Positions 12,866 to 25,863 of a DNA stretch of 64,000 nt are shown here, piece by piece. Numbering within the stretch: the first letter of the stretch is position 1; every line of letters starts with the position of its first letter. A program made the translations under genes and the position numbers. Below the pieces are notes generated by a model. The model saw only the letters and a program-made list of their open reading frames with translations, did no database searches and was not told where the DNA came from. Source of the DNA: an actinobacterium acAMD-2 (GTDB lineage: Bacteria; Actinomycetota; Actinomycetes; UBA12327); contig JNSE01000031.1 in NCBI GenBank assembly GCA_000754455.1, positions 29,988 through 93,987 of the forward strand, written 5' to 3'.

Positions 12866-15271
12866 TCAGCGAACGGTGACTTGAACAATCGCCGACTTGG
12901 CGGGGCGCAGTTCACAAAACCCTAGAGAGCAATTGTTGCTGGCTTTATACGCTCGGAATTGGCGCAACCCACGCTTTTTGACAAGCACCGGATAGGAATA
13001 CGCGCCCGTTGACTTAACCGTTGCTAGACCCAAGGTCTTCCACAGACCCAAACTGAGCACCTGCACTTTGACCTGCGAGCCCACCAGAGTTGGGGCGACC
13101 TTTCCCGTAAAGGTGATCTTTGAACCGCTGCGAACGCTAGTTCGCGAAGGCACCATCGTCACCGAATAGCGTTGCGCCGCGCGCAGCACCAGCGGCTTTG
13201 TGGCAAAGGCCTTCAGCGTGCAACCCAGGGGGGAACAACTGCTGGCTCCCTTATACACGCGATACGAATGCGAACCATAAGTCTTCACCGGAACAACAAC
13301 ACTGAATTGTCCATTCGGTGCGATCCGGGCGGTGCCGACCTTGACCCACTTGCCGGCTTTGAGTTCCTGCAATGCAACTGATCCACCTGCCGTCAGAGCC
13401 AACGGCCGAACTCGACCAGTGATCGTGGGCTGGGCCGGGACTAAGACAGTGGGGACCGACAGTGCTGAGGCGACCACATATTGAGTAGTCACTGGAGTCC
13501 ACCAACCCACAACATCAGCGCGGAAATTGCTACTGCCTGTGAGCCCAGTTAACGAGACTTTCCCATTGGCCCCGACCGGAGCCACAACGTATTGCGCCAT
13601 GGACGCGGCCGTGGGAACACTGACTTGATATCCGCTACTTGCTACAGCAGTAGTGGATTTGAATCGAGCGGCAGTTCCGGTGTCTGGATCGAGGGCCAAG
13701 ACTTGGAGCGCCACTGCTTTCGCATTGACCGGGATGCCAAGTTGATTCGCCACCGCGAAGCTCACACTGCGGCCAGAAGTCACTCGGCCTGAGGCACCAA
13801 GTCCAGTGGTGGTGTCCAAAATCCGTTTCGGTTTAGTTCCGGTATGACCTAGTCCGGAAGTTCCATACCAACCATTGATGTCAATGGTTACCTGGACAGC
13901 AGAGACGGTATTGACGTTCTTGATGACGATGGTTCCATCTCTGCGCGAAGCTGTTATGACTGAACTAGAAATGCGCGCATTTGCTCGATAAGAAACCACA
14001 TCCGTGATCGACTCAGTGGCGCCGGCCGGATAAACCCGTAACGTTCCGCTCTTGGTTGCACCAGACGTTGACACCGTCAAGACAAAAGCGCCGGAACCAT
14101 CACCAGGTACACCGTTGCGGCCGCCAAACTTAATCGTCTTGGTCGAATTGGCAGGGATAGAAACGTTGGTCACTACCCGCCGAGGCTCAGTGGGATTGAA
14201 CAACATGCCGCCGAATTGCTGGTAGTACCCCAGGACATCAGCGCTGATCCATTGCGCACCCAAACTCGTGGCGAGTGAAATCTTGCCATCCAGACCCAGA
14301 GGCACAACCAGAGTCGATCGCGTTGAACCACCAGCGGCAACCTTCATCGCCACGGACGGAGTTCGCGTTCCCCCGCTAGGCCAGAGATAAACCGATGACG
14401 GTGCATTGGTTTTGGCGCGCACCGAAAGCGCTACGGCGCTTACACCTTCGGTGGGAACTCCACCACGACCAGCGACTTGGACTTCCATTTGCTGTCCCGC
14501 ACTAGTGTTGCTGGTGAACTCAAGTCGACACTTCTTCGCGCTAGCAACGCCGAGGCCTCGCAGCGAATCAAGAACTCGAACCGGAGTCACAGGAACGAAC
14601 TGTTGGCCCTTCTGCACAGGCGCCGCAGTACCTGCACTGTCAATGGCCCCACATGGTGCGCCCGAATCGAGAACTTGTCCGGTGTAAAACGATGTCGCCG
14701 CCATCGCACCATCCCACGTGAAGGAAATATGCACGTGGTCTCGGTGACACTCGGTGTCATTACTCGTTGAAGGTCGCGATGAGCAACTCTTGTACTCAGT
14801 CCACCCTCGACCTGGATCGTAGGCTCGCCAAATCTTGTTGTTCCAAATGATGTACATCACGCCGATGCGGCGTGCCATGGCGATCTTGTTCCCATACTGA
14901 TCGCTCTTTTGCAGCCAGGCGATGAAACTGTCGGCCGTTGCCTTTTGGTCAACCTTGCGGGCGCTGATCATCCAGTCGAGGGCTCGGCCTTCATGGTGCT
15001 CGCTGAGTCCAGTGCACCCATACCGAGGGATATAGATGACCCGATCCCCATAGGTCTTGAGCAATAGGTCTTTGACGGCCACAACACCAGGCCGCGGAAT
15101 TGGGTCACAAATCTTCTGCGCGAAGTAACCGGTCTGCGGCTCGATCGGCTTGGTGAACGCGCGCGTAACTGGACTCGGTGGGGCGGCCTGTGTGACTAGT
15201 GGTTGAGCCACAAGGAAGCTGACACCGAGCCCGAGAAGGACCAGCCATCTGGTCGCGCGCATAGGGGGCAT
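12866..15271 (-). CDS. secreted LAS-superfamily (VanY/M15 / MepA-like) zinc peptidase-like protein with C-terminal repeat domains
   Basis: 801 aa. Signal-peptide-like MPPMRATRWLVLLGLGVSFLVAQPLVTQAAP. SEHHEGRALDW matches SxHxxGxAxD, and HRDHVHISF supplies the HxH motif. Followed by three ~115-aa and two ~95-aa internal repeats (see finding). Confidence 0.7.
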   Translation of the reverse strand: MPPMRATRWLVLLGLGVSFLVAQPLVTQAAPPSPVTRAFTKPIEPQTGYFAQKICDPIPRPGVVAVKDLLLKTYGDRVIYIPRYGCTGLSEHHEGRALDWMISARKVDQKATADSFIAWLQKSDQYGNKIAMARRIGVMYIIWNNKIWRAYDPGRGWTEYKSCSSRPSTSNDTECHRDHVHISFTWDGAMAATSFYTGQVLDSGAPCGAIDSAGTAAPVQKGQQFVPVTPVRVLDSLRGLGVASAKKCRLEFTSNTSAGQQMEVQVAGRGGVPTEGVSAVALSVRAKTNAPSSVYLWPSGGTRTPSVAMKVAAGGSTRSTLVVPLGLDGKISLATSLGAQWISADVLGYYQQFGGMLFNPTEPRRVVTNVSIPANSTKTIKFGGRNGVPGDGSGAFVLTVSTSGATKSGTLRVYPAGATESITDVVSYRANARISSSVITASRRDGTIVIKNVNTVSAVQVTIDINGWYGTSGLGHTGTKPKRILDTTTGLGASGRVTSGRSVSFAVANQLGIPVNAKAVALQVLALDPDTGTAARFKSTTAVASSGYQVSVPTAASMAQYVVAPVGANGKVSLTGLTGSSNFRADVVGWWTPVTTQYVVASALSVPTVLVPAQPTITGRVRPLALTAGGSVALQELKAGKWVKVGTARIAPNGQFSVVVPVKTYGSHSYRVYKGASSCSPLGCTLKAFATKPLVLRAAQRYSVTMVPSRTSVRSGSKITFTGKVAPTLVGSQVKVQVLSLGLWKTLGLATVKSTGAYSYPVLVKKRGLRQFRAYKASNNCSLGFCELRPAKSAIVQVTVR

Positions 15272-15359
15272 AGTGATCTATCGGCAGTAGGGGGAAGATT
15301 TCTTGATGCAACACCTACGATAGAGGGATATTCAGCCATTTGGCCGTATCCCAGCAGGC

Positions 15360-16112
15360 GTGCCCTGCAGAAATGGGTCCTTTGTGATCACTGACGTCTC
15401 CAGAGCCCTAGTAGTTACCGCCCATCCCGATGATGTCGATTTCGGGGCTGCAGGGACTATTGCCTCGTGGGTCGCCGCTGGCATTGACGTGACGTACTGC
15501 ATTTGTACCGATGGTGGAGCCGGCGGTGTCGACCGAGACGTGCCTCGGTCCGAAGTACCCGGCATCCGGCGGGCCGAGCAAATCGCTGCGGCCAAGGCGT
15601 GCGGTGTCACCGACGTGCGCTTCTTGGGTTACCTCGATGGCGAACTTGTGGTTTCACATGACTTGCGCCGTGACATTGTGCGCGTGATTCGCCAGGTCAT
15701 GCCCGACCGCATGTTGATTCAATCTCCGGAACGCAACTGGGGCCGCATTGGGGCATCACACCCTGATCACTTGGCTGCTGGTGAAGCAGCGATCCAGGCA
15801 ATCTATCCCGACGCACGCAATCCCTTTGCGCATCCCACCTTGCTCAATGACGAAGGCTTAGATGCGTGGACCGTTCGGGAAGTGTGGCTCATGGCTGATG
15901 CCAGCCCCAACCACTGGGTGGATGTCACCGCACACCTTGACACCAAGTTCGCCGCACTCGATGCCCACGCATCGCAGACGGCACACATGGATGACATGCG
16001 AGGAATGATTACGCAGTGGATGAAGCTGGGTGCCGAAACTGCTCGTGCCAACGGCATCGACTTACCGGCTGATGCAGCGGTTGAGGCTTTCCGCGTTGTT
16101 TCAACGGGATAG
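15360..16112 (+). CDS. PIG-L/LmbE family deacetylase (MshB/Mca-like)
   Basis: 250 aa. VVTAHPDDVDFGAAGT (AHPDD motif) and SHPDH motif. GTG start at 15360 is uncertain. Confidence 0.75.
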   Translation: MPCRNGSFVITDVSRALVVTAHPDDVDFGAAGTIASWVAAGIDVTYCICTDGGAGGVDRDVPRSEVPGIRRAEQIAAAKACGVTDVRFLGYLDGELVVSHDLRRDIVRVIRQVMPDRMLIQSPERNWGRIGASHPDHLAAGEAAIQAIYPDARNPFAHPTLLNDEGLDAWTVREVWLMADASPNHWVDVTAHLDTKFAALDAHASQTAHMDDMRGMITQWMKLGAETARANGIDLPADAAVEAFRVVSTG

Positions 16113-16126
16113 AAAAGTCAAAGACT

Positions 16127-16144
16127 GGTAAGTCTCGACTTACC
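16127..16144 (-). terminator. perfect hairpin GGTAAGTC-TC-GACTTACC at the convergent 3' ends; U-rich tail only in minus-strand sense
   Basis: Inverted repeat read in sequence. It overlaps the stop of the 16140-16487 gene, and the minus-strand RNA continues AGUCUUUGACUUUU. Confidence 0.45.
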
Positions 16145-16487
16145 AAATCACGGCGATAGCGATGTTGACTACCGTTAAGCCACCAATAAGGCCCCAGACC
16201 GGAAGTGAAACCGTGGCCTTCTTGCGATTAATGATCACTAACACAGCAATCACAGCAGCGATGCCGAGCTTGACGGCCACCTTGGTCTGGTTGACATCAA
16301 GTTCCTGCATTTCGCGCAGGCCTACGAGCAAGATTCCCGTCACCAGTTGAACCAAGATTCCGTGGAACATGGCGTTGTTGATGACTTTTTCTCGGGCTGT
16401 CATCTGGACGAAGAAGCCACCAAACAAGCTGGCCAACCCGATGAAGTGAACGACGAGCACGATTTCGCGAAATATGTCCATAGCCAA
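16140..16487 (-). CDS. small integral membrane protein (about 4 TM), unknown function
   Basis: 115 aa, almost entirely hydrophobic segments (LVVHFIGLASLFGGFFV, ILVQLVTGILLVGL, GIAAVIAVLVII, GLIGGLTVVNIAIAVIW). Confidence 0.5.
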   Translation of the reverse strand: MAMDIFREIVLVVHFIGLASLFGGFFVQMTAREKVINNAMFHGILVQLVTGILLVGLREMQELDVNQTKVAVKLGIAAVIAVLVIINRKKATVSLPVWGLIGGLTVVNIAIAVIW

Positions 16488-16530
16488 ACTTTAGCCACAC
16501 CGCCAGGCAGAACGCGACGTGGCTCGCCAA

Positions 16531-17502
16531 TTACTCCTTCAGCGCCAAACCCCACAGTTCAGCCACCTCAGCGGGCGTGGGCTTCCATTCATAAGCCGCA
16601 AGGTTGGCTTCCACCTGCTCCACCGAGGTCGCTCCCGCGATCACCGAACTCACCGGGCGGGTCATGGCCAAAACTCCGAGAGCCAACTCGAGCAGGGTGC
16701 GACCGCGTTCGCCCGCCCACACACTCAACGCTTCGATGACATCGAGTTGTTCGGCCGTCACGGAAGCTTGCCGACCCTGGAGGCGACCATCCGTGGGCCA
16801 GGGTTGGTCGCGACGAACCTTTCCGGTCAACAATCCGCTCGCTAACGGGAAGAAGGGCAAGACGCCCAAGCCGTATTCGATGGCGGTCGGAAGCAGTGCG
16901 TCCAAAGCTTCGGCCTTGAGTAACGAAAAATTATTTTGCGCGCTGATAAAGGGTGTGACATCAAGGTCCTTGCTCGCCTCACCAGCAGCACGGATCTGCT
17001 CAGCTGAGAATTGCGAGTTGCCGATGTAGCGCACTTTGCCTTCCACCACCAATTCGTGGAGAGCCAGGAGCGTTTCCTCAATCGGCGTGGAGGTATCAGG
17101 TGAATGCATTTGATAGAGGTCGATGTAGTCAGTGCCGAGGCGCCGGAGTGATTGTTCGACCGCAAAGCGGATGTAGGTTCGCCCTCCGTACGCCCCAAGG
17201 GTGGGGTCGTAACCCATGGGCATCGAGTCATGACCAAATTTCGTAGCGATAACTACATCCGAGCGACGCTTACCCAAGGCTCGGCCAAGAAACTCCTCGG
17301 ACTTTCCACTGTCGCCGTACACATCAGCGGTGTCAAAGAAGGTAATCCCGCCCGCAAGAGCAGCATCCACTACCTCACGCGTTTTCTCTTCATCAATGCG
17401 CCAGCCAAAGTTATTGCAACCCAAACCCAAACCGGAGATGAAGCACTGTGATTGCCCAAGATTGCGAGTTCTCACGACGAAATCCTCACCATGGGATGAC
17501 AT
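16531..17502 (-). CDS. aldo/keto reductase family oxidoreductase
   Basis: ORF 16531-17550. GLGLGCNNFG, FFDTADVYG and YIDLYQMH motifs. Start is uncertain (17502 or 17550; both overlap the upstream SDR gene end). Confidence 0.8.
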   Translation of the reverse strand: MSSHGEDFVVRTRNLGQSQCFISGLGLGCNNFGWRIDEEKTREVVDAALAGGITFFDTADVYGDSGKSEEFLGRALGKRRSDVVIATKFGHDSMPMGYDPTLGAYGGRTYIRFAVEQSLRRLGTDYIDLYQMHSPDTSTPIEETLLALHELVVEGKVRYIGNSQFSAEQIRAAGEASKDLDVTPFISAQNNFSLLKAEALDALLPTAIEYGLGVLPFFPLASGLLTGKVRRDQPWPTDGRLQGRQASVTAEQLDVIEALSVWAGERGRTLLELALGVLAMTRPVSSVIAGATSVEQVEANLAAYEWKPTPAEVAELWGLALKE

Positions 17503-18217
17503 CGCCGTTGTAACGACGAAATGTTCCCGAGTCGGCCATCGTGAACCCACTGATCAAGGACCGCAAGCCGGCCACGCTCTCATCAACATCGACATCGCCG
17601 CCACCCAAGCCCATGCGGGTACGCACATACCCGGGACACATGATCGCTACAACGATGTCGCGGTCCTGCAAGGTGCGAGCAACGATCGTCATCGCCTTAT
17701 TCAGGGCGGCTTTGCTCGTGGTGTAGGCCATCGCTGGTCGATCGCTGCCACCAATGGAGCCAGCACCACTGGACAAGGTGACGATCATCTTTTTCTCACT
17801 GGCGGCAACGTTGTCTACTAGCGCCTCGGTGACGTTGATCGTCCCCAAGGTGTTAACGCGCAACACATCGGCCCACACATCAAGGTCAACCGTGCCAAAA
17901 CGCTGCTTCTGGATGTTTTCTACAAAGGGCAGGGGTCCGAATATCCCGGCATTGTTGATCAAGAGGTCAATGGGCTGGCCATTCAAGCGTTCGGCGAACG
18001 CTCGCACGCTTTCCGCTTCCCCGATTTCGAGCGGTTCGATCCGCAGGTTGGGGTGAGCCTCGACCACAGCTGCTAGCTCATCGGAAATTTCCATGCTGCG
18101 AACAGTGGCGATGACATCCCAGCCATCAGCTAAATATTGACGGGCCAACTCAAGCCCAATACCGCGATTGGCGCCCGTCACACACATGACCGGATTACCG
18201 CTCATGACTACTCCCAT
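17486..18217 (-). CDS. short-chain dehydrogenase/reductase (SDR)
   Basis: 243 aa. VTGANRGIG cofactor motif and YTTSK (YxxxK) catalytic motif. Alternative ATG at 18205. Confidence 0.8.
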   Translation of the reverse strand: MGVVMSGNPVMCVTGANRGIGLELARQYLADGWDVIATVRSMEISDELAAVVEAHPNLRIEPLEIGEAESVRAFAERLNGQPIDLLINNAGIFGPLPFVENIQKQRFGTVDLDVWADVLRVNTLGTINVTEALVDNVAASEKKMIVTLSSGAGSIGGSDRPAMAYTTSKAALNKAMTIVARTLQDRDIVVAIMCPGYVRTRMGLGGGDVDVDESVAGLRSLISGFTMADSGTFRRYNGDVIPW

Positions 18218-19782
18218 TCGATGGTGCCCGGTGGCTTACTGGTGATGTCCAAGGTCACACGATTAACGTCGCGCACTTCATTGGTGATTCGCGTGGAGAT
18301 GCGCGCCAGCACGTCATAAGGCAATCGCGACCAGTCCGCAGTCATGGCATCTTCACTCGAAACGGGACGCAAGACGATCGGGTGGCCGTAGGTGCGACCA
18401 TCGCCCTGCACTCCGACGCTGCGAACGTCAGCCAACAACACCACAGGGCACTGCCAAATATCGCGATCTAAGTCAGCGGCGGTCAATTCCTCACGAGCAA
18501 TCGCATCAGCTTCACGCAAGATCGCCAAACGATCTTCGGTGATAGACCCAATAATGCGAATCGCCAGTCCCGGTCCGGGGAACGGGTGACGCCAAACAAT
18601 CTCCGGCGGAAGTCCTAACTCAAGACCCACGGCGCGGACTTCATCCTTGAACAAGGTGCGCAACGGCTCAACCAAGGAGAACTGCAAGTCATCAGGCAGG
18701 CCACCGACGTTGTGGTGACTCTTAATGTTGGCCGTTCCGCTACCGCCACCAGATTCCACGACATCTGGATAGAGCGTGCCTTGAACGAGGAATTCGACTT
18801 CCTCGCCCTGCTCGCCGGCCTCAGCGACGACTTCGCGAGCGGCTTGCTCAAAGACGCGGATGAACTCGCGACCAATGATCTTGCGCTTGGTTTCTGGGTC
18901 GCTCACATCGGCGAGGGCTTCAAGGAATCGATCCCGAGCATCAACAACTTTGAGTTTGATACCCGTTGCCGCCACATAGTCACGCTCGACTTGTTCGGCT
19001 TCACCCTTGCGCAACAAACCATGGTCAACAAATACGCATGTGAGTTGATCCCCCACCGCTTTGTGCACGATGGCAGCGGCAACCGCTGAATCCACGCCAC
19101 CGCTGAGGCCACAGACAACCGCCTTCGACCCCACTTGTTGCTTGATCAGCGCAACCTGGTCATCAATGACGTTGCTCATGGTCCAGTTCGGGGAAATTGC
19201 GGCGATGTTATAGAGGAAATGCTCCAGGATCGTTTGCCCTTGTTCGCTGTGCATGACTTCAGGGTGGAATTGCACTCCAGCCAAACGACGATCAAGGTTT
19301 TCAAAGGCCGCGACCGGGGCGCCCTGGGTTGTCGCGGTTACGACGAATCCGTCGGGAGCGGTATGCACCGCATCGCCATGTGACATCCACACATTCAGCG
19401 AGGAACTCAACGAGTCAAAGAGGGCGGACTTTGGCTCGGTCACCGTCAGTGCCGTACCGCCGAACTCACTTAAGCCGGTTTGTGCGACGGTGCCGCCCAA
19501 AGCAGCAGCCATGGTTTGGAAGCCGTAACAAATACCAAATATTGGGATACCTGCGGCAAAGACGTCGGCATCAATGGACGGTGCGCCTTCGGCATAAACA
19601 CTGGCGGGACCACCGGACAAAATCACAGCAGCCGGATTCATCGCGGCTAATTCGGCAGCCGAGATGGTGTGGGGAACGATCTGGGAAAAGACCTTCGCCT
19701 CTCGGACTCGACGCGCAATCAGCTGCGCGTACTGCGCTCCAAAGTCAACAACAATGACGGTGGGCTGGTCTGACGAAGTCAC
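18208..19782 (-). CDS. guaA: GMP synthase (glutamine-hydrolysing)
   Basis: 524 aa. GATase domain (ICYGFQ), SGGVDS PP-loop, C-terminal KPPGTIEWE. Confidence 0.95.
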   Translation of the reverse strand: MTSSDQPTVIVVDFGAQYAQLIARRVREAKVFSQIVPHTISAAELAAMNPAAVILSGGPASVYAEGAPSIDADVFAAGIPIFGICYGFQTMAAALGGTVAQTGLSEFGGTALTVTEPKSALFDSLSSSLNVWMSHGDAVHTAPDGFVVTATTQGAPVAAFENLDRRLAGVQFHPEVMHSEQGQTILEHFLYNIAAISPNWTMSNVIDDQVALIKQQVGSKAVVCGLSGGVDSAVAAAIVHKAVGDQLTCVFVDHGLLRKGEAEQVERDYVAATGIKLKVVDARDRFLEALADVSDPETKRKIIGREFIRVFEQAAREVVAEAGEQGEEVEFLVQGTLYPDVVESGGGSGTANIKSHHNVGGLPDDLQFSLVEPLRTLFKDEVRAVGLELGLPPEIVWRHPFPGPGLAIRIIGSITEDRLAILREADAIAREELTAADLDRDIWQCPVVLLADVRSVGVQGDGRTYGHPIVLRPVSSEDAMTADWSRLPYDVLARISTRITNEVRDVNRVTLDITSKPPGTIEWE

Positions 19783-19836
19783 GACACCGATCCTAGAGTT
19801 TGGCCAAATCCGACGAGCACATACGTCTGAGAAAAA

Positions 19837-21375
<1,539 letters not shown>

Positions 21376-21388
21376 TTAATGCTACCTG

Positions 21389-22000
21389 CTAGCTGACGTA
21401 GCCCCACCGGTAGCCCAAGGCAGCAGCCTGTGCGCGATCAGCTGCACCGATTTTGCGGAACAACCGTCGAGCGTGGGTCTTGACCGTGTCTTCAGACAAG
21501 AACAACTCCTTGCCGATCTCTCCATTGCTGCGACCCCGGCTCATGCCTTCAAGAACTTGAAGCTCGCGTTCGGTTAAAGCTGGCGGCTCGCCGACGAGAA
21601 GTTCGCGGGGGCGACGCTGAGCTGAACCCCAAGCAGCCGACTCCAGGGCAAAGGAAACCGTGCTGGTGATTTCTTCGCGAGTTGCGTCCTTCGTAAGAAA
21701 TCCTCGAGCTCCTGTGGCAATCGCGCGCGAGACAGCATCACGATCTTGCGCAACAGTGACCATCACGATGACCGCTTCCGGGTGCCGCATGACCAAGCGA
21801 CGGGCAGCTTCGATGCCGCCAATGCCAGGCATCCGCACATCCATCAACACCAAGTTGGGCTGCTCAACAGGCCAACGGTCCAAGACCTCTTCACCGCTCA
21901 CCGCAACATCTACGCGCTGGACGCCAGGAACCAGAGCAACGTTTCGACGCAATGTTTCACGCGACATGGCAGCGTCGTCACACACGAGAACCGTGGCCAT
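21389..22000 (-). CDS. bldM: orphan NarL/FixJ-family response regulator, BldM-like
   Basis: ORF 21389-22063; ATG at 22000 gives MATVLVCDDAAMSRETLRRNVALVPGV...LMDVRMPG...LTERELQVLEGMSRGRSNGEIGKELFLSEDTVKTHARRLFRK. This closely resembles Streptomyces BldM as I recall it. There is no histidine kinase in the window, and it lies next to guaB and near whiD/whiB3 as in Streptomyces. Confidence 0.7.
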   Translation of the reverse strand: MATVLVCDDAAMSRETLRRNVALVPGVQRVDVAVSGEEVLDRWPVEQPNLVLMDVRMPGIGGIEAARRLVMRHPEAVIVMVTVAQDRDAVSRAIATGARGFLTKDATREEITSTVSFALESAAWGSAQRRPRELLVGEPPALTERELQVLEGMSRGRSNGEIGKELFLSEDTVKTHARRLFRKIGAADRAQAAALGYRWGYVS

Positions 22001-22120
22001 GGACAACCTGCCTTTCCGCAGACATGAAGTGAATAGGTACTCACCATGTATCGGCAGGGTCATCAGGGTTCTTGAATACGGCCCGATGGGCCGAGGCGAG
22101 GGTGCGAAAGGCCGGTCAGG

Positions 22121-23128
22121 CTAAATAAAGCCTCGAGCCGCATTGGACAGGCGGGTCACAGCCTCGGTGAGGTCGCGGGTCAAGACCGCGCCGTCTGGCA
22201 GGGCGCCCGGCCAGCCAGGCCCACCCAGGACCACTGAAGGTGCGGACTTCATCTTGCGCAGCGCGTGAACGTCGAGATAGTCGCCGGTAATCCGGTCGTG
22301 CGCCCACACCATGACCGCGGGCGAGCCCGAGCGGGCCACCGCAGACACCAAGGCGTCAAGGGGGACTCGGGCACCTAGCATTCTGCTGGCCACCCCCCGC
22401 TCAGCCAAGCCGGCCGCGACTGCGTGAAGCGGAAGGGTATGCAGCTCATCGGGAGCTGCAGCCAAGATGATGGGTCGTGAACCAAAAGGTTCGACCAAGC
22501 TCTCGGCAACTTCACGAAGAGCACCAACCACCCCTTCGGACAAGATGTGCTCGATTTCAATGCCTTGACCCGTGGATAGAAAGCGCTCACCCACGCCAAC
22601 CAAAACGGGAGAGATGATGTTGTCCCACGTCCATACGGTGCCACGCGTGTTCAAGGACTCTTTCAGAATGCGTCGAACCGCGGGGGAATCAAGCGCTAAC
22701 GCTGCGCGCGAGAGTCCGCGTGCTTGAGCTGCGCCACCGTGAATGGGAACGACTTGTCCGCCACCGGCTCGACCACGCTCGGTGGGTGCTGCCACGCCGC
22801 GATCAGGCTCAACGCTTTCTCGGGCCAAACCAGCATCGGCTTCCAACGCTGCTCTGGCCGCATCAGCAGGCGAACAACCGTCAAAGACCAGGGCCCGCAT
22901 GATTTCCAGGCGCATGAGGTCTTCCACGCTGTAGCGGCGGTGTGCCCCCGCGCTGTGCCCACTGGGGCCGATGCCATAGCGGCGATCCCAGGTGCGAAGC
23001 GTGGCAGGCGCCACGCCCAAGCGACGCGCCACAGCGGCCACCGTCAGACCCACGTCGGGGGTTACCGGGACCTCAAAGGGGGCCGAAGAGTCGCTCACAA
23101 CGCCTATTTTGGGGGGTTGTGGCCACAT
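22121..23128 (-). CDS. MerR-family transcriptional regulator with C-terminal cobalamin-binding-like domain (LitR/CarH-like architecture, degenerate motifs)
   Basis: 335 aa. MerR HTH LTVAAVARRLGVAPATLRTWDRRYGI...RRYSVEDL. The C-terminal SPVLVGVGERFLSTGQGIEIEHILS resembles the B12-binding_2 helix bundle (EH kept, W replaced by F). IILAAAPDELHTLPLHAVAAGLAERG resembles the Rossmann B12 domain with an imperfect DxHxxG. Confidence 0.65.
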   Translation of the reverse strand: MWPQPPKIGVVSDSSAPFEVPVTPDVGLTVAAVARRLGVAPATLRTWDRRYGIGPSGHSAGAHRRYSVEDLMRLEIMRALVFDGCSPADAARAALEADAGLARESVEPDRGVAAPTERGRAGGGQVVPIHGGAAQARGLSRAALALDSPAVRRILKESLNTRGTVWTWDNIISPVLVGVGERFLSTGQGIEIEHILSEGVVGALREVAESLVEPFGSRPIILAAAPDELHTLPLHAVAAGLAERGVASRMLGARVPLDALVSAVARSGSPAVMVWAHDRITGDYLDVHALRKMKSAPSVVLGGPGWPGALPDGAVLTRDLTEAVTRLSNAARGFI

Positions 23129-23267
23129 CCGCCACTCAGGAGCCCCCGTTTCCCGAAATTAGTCAAAACTTTTTCGTCTGAACAACTTGACCAACTGTTG
23201 AAACGATATTATGTTTCTACCAACAGCAACACCGCAAGCAGGAATAACCGTCCTTTGGAGGAATGCA

Positions 23268-23582
23268 ATGGCAGATATCTCTCGGCTCCCTGGCCCGAAC
23301 GCTGACCTGTGGGATTGGCAACTCGAAGGCGCCTGCCGTGATGTAGACACCGAGGCCTTCTTTCACCCCGAAGGTGAGCGTGGCTCCGCTCGCTCACGCC
23401 GTGAACTTGCCGCCAAGGCCATCTGTGCCACATGCCCCGTCATTGCGTCATGCGCCTCGCATGCACTCGCCGTTCGCGAACCGTACGGCGTCTGGGGCGG
23501 CATGAGCGAAGACGACCGCTTGGCGATCATCGAAGCTGGCAAGGCGCTACGACCAGGAGCCACTCCCGCATTTGCTTCCTAG
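23268..23582 (+). CDS. whiB3: WhiB-family Fe-S transcription factor, WhiB3/WhiD type
   Basis: ORF 23211-23582; ATG at 23268 with GGAGGA upstream. MADISRLPGPNADLWDWQLEGACR...C..CPVIASC...EPYGVWGGMSE. Four Cys and the GVWGG turn. Very similar to M. tuberculosis WhiB3 as recalled. Confidence 0.9.
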   Translation: MADISRLPGPNADLWDWQLEGACRDVDTEAFFHPEGERGSARSRRELAAKAICATCPVIASCASHALAVREPYGVWGGMSEDDRLAIIEAGKALRPGATPAFAS

Positions 23583-23621
23583 TCTTTTGCTTCACCGCAC
23601 CACCCCCTCAGAAGAACTGAC

Positions 23622-23649
23622 AAAGCCCGCTACACAAGTAGCGGGCTTT
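23622..23649. terminator. bidirectional intrinsic terminator between convergent whiB and groEL
   Basis: Perfect 12-bp stem AAAGCCCGCTAC-ACAA-GTAGCGGGCTTT with A/T runs on both sides. Confidence 0.7.
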
Positions 23650-23662
23650 GTTATGTGAAGGG

Positions 23663-25352
<1,690 letters not shown>

Positions 25353-25399
25353 GAGACTGCATGCGATTGCTCGCACTGGTGGTGCGGATTAAGTAATGA

Positions 25400-25693
25400 C
25401 TACTTGTTGACGATGGCCAAGACGTCGCGTGCCGACAAGATCAGGTATTCCTGACCGTCGTACTTGACTTCGGTGCCGCCGTACTTGCTGTAAACGACAA
25501 CGTCGCCTTCAGCAATGTCCAACGGGAGGCGCTTACCGTCTTCGAAGCGACCGGGTCCAACCGCGATGACTTTGCCCTCTTGAGGCTTTTCCTTAGCGGT
25601 GTCTGGAATGACCAGACCGGAGGCGGTGGTCTGCTCGGCCTCAAGAGGCTGAACCAAGACGCGGTCTTCAAGCGGCTTAATGGAAACCGACAC
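25400..25693 (-). CDS. groES: co-chaperonin GroES
   Basis: 97 aa: [44 protein letters not shown]... Confidence 0.95.
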   Translation of the reverse strand: MSVSIKPLEDRVLVQPLEAEQTTASGLVIPDTAKEKPQEGKVIAVGPGRFEDGKRLPLDIAEGDVVVYSKYGGTEVKYDGQEYLILSARDVLAIVNK

Positions 25694-25811
25694 TGTGCTG
25701 CTCCCCCTTCAAGGGATCATCAATGTTTAGGGACTGTGACAAGGCCGGTCAAACTGGCCTGTCACGTGGTTTCGCCACGGGGCGAGAACCGGTCAGAGCA
25801 TACGGTGGGCG

Positions 25812-25838
25812 TTAGCACTCCGTCAACTCGAGTGCCAG
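25812..25838. promoter_or_regulatory. CIRCE operator (HrcA binding site) upstream of groES
   Basis: TTAGCACTC-N9-GAGTGCCAG against consensus TTAGCACTC-N9-GAGTGCTAA. Left arm 9/9, right arm 7/9. Lies 119 nt upstream of the groES start. Confidence 0.75.
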
Positions 25839-25863
25839 CCTACCGGTGCGAGAGAGTGGGGGC

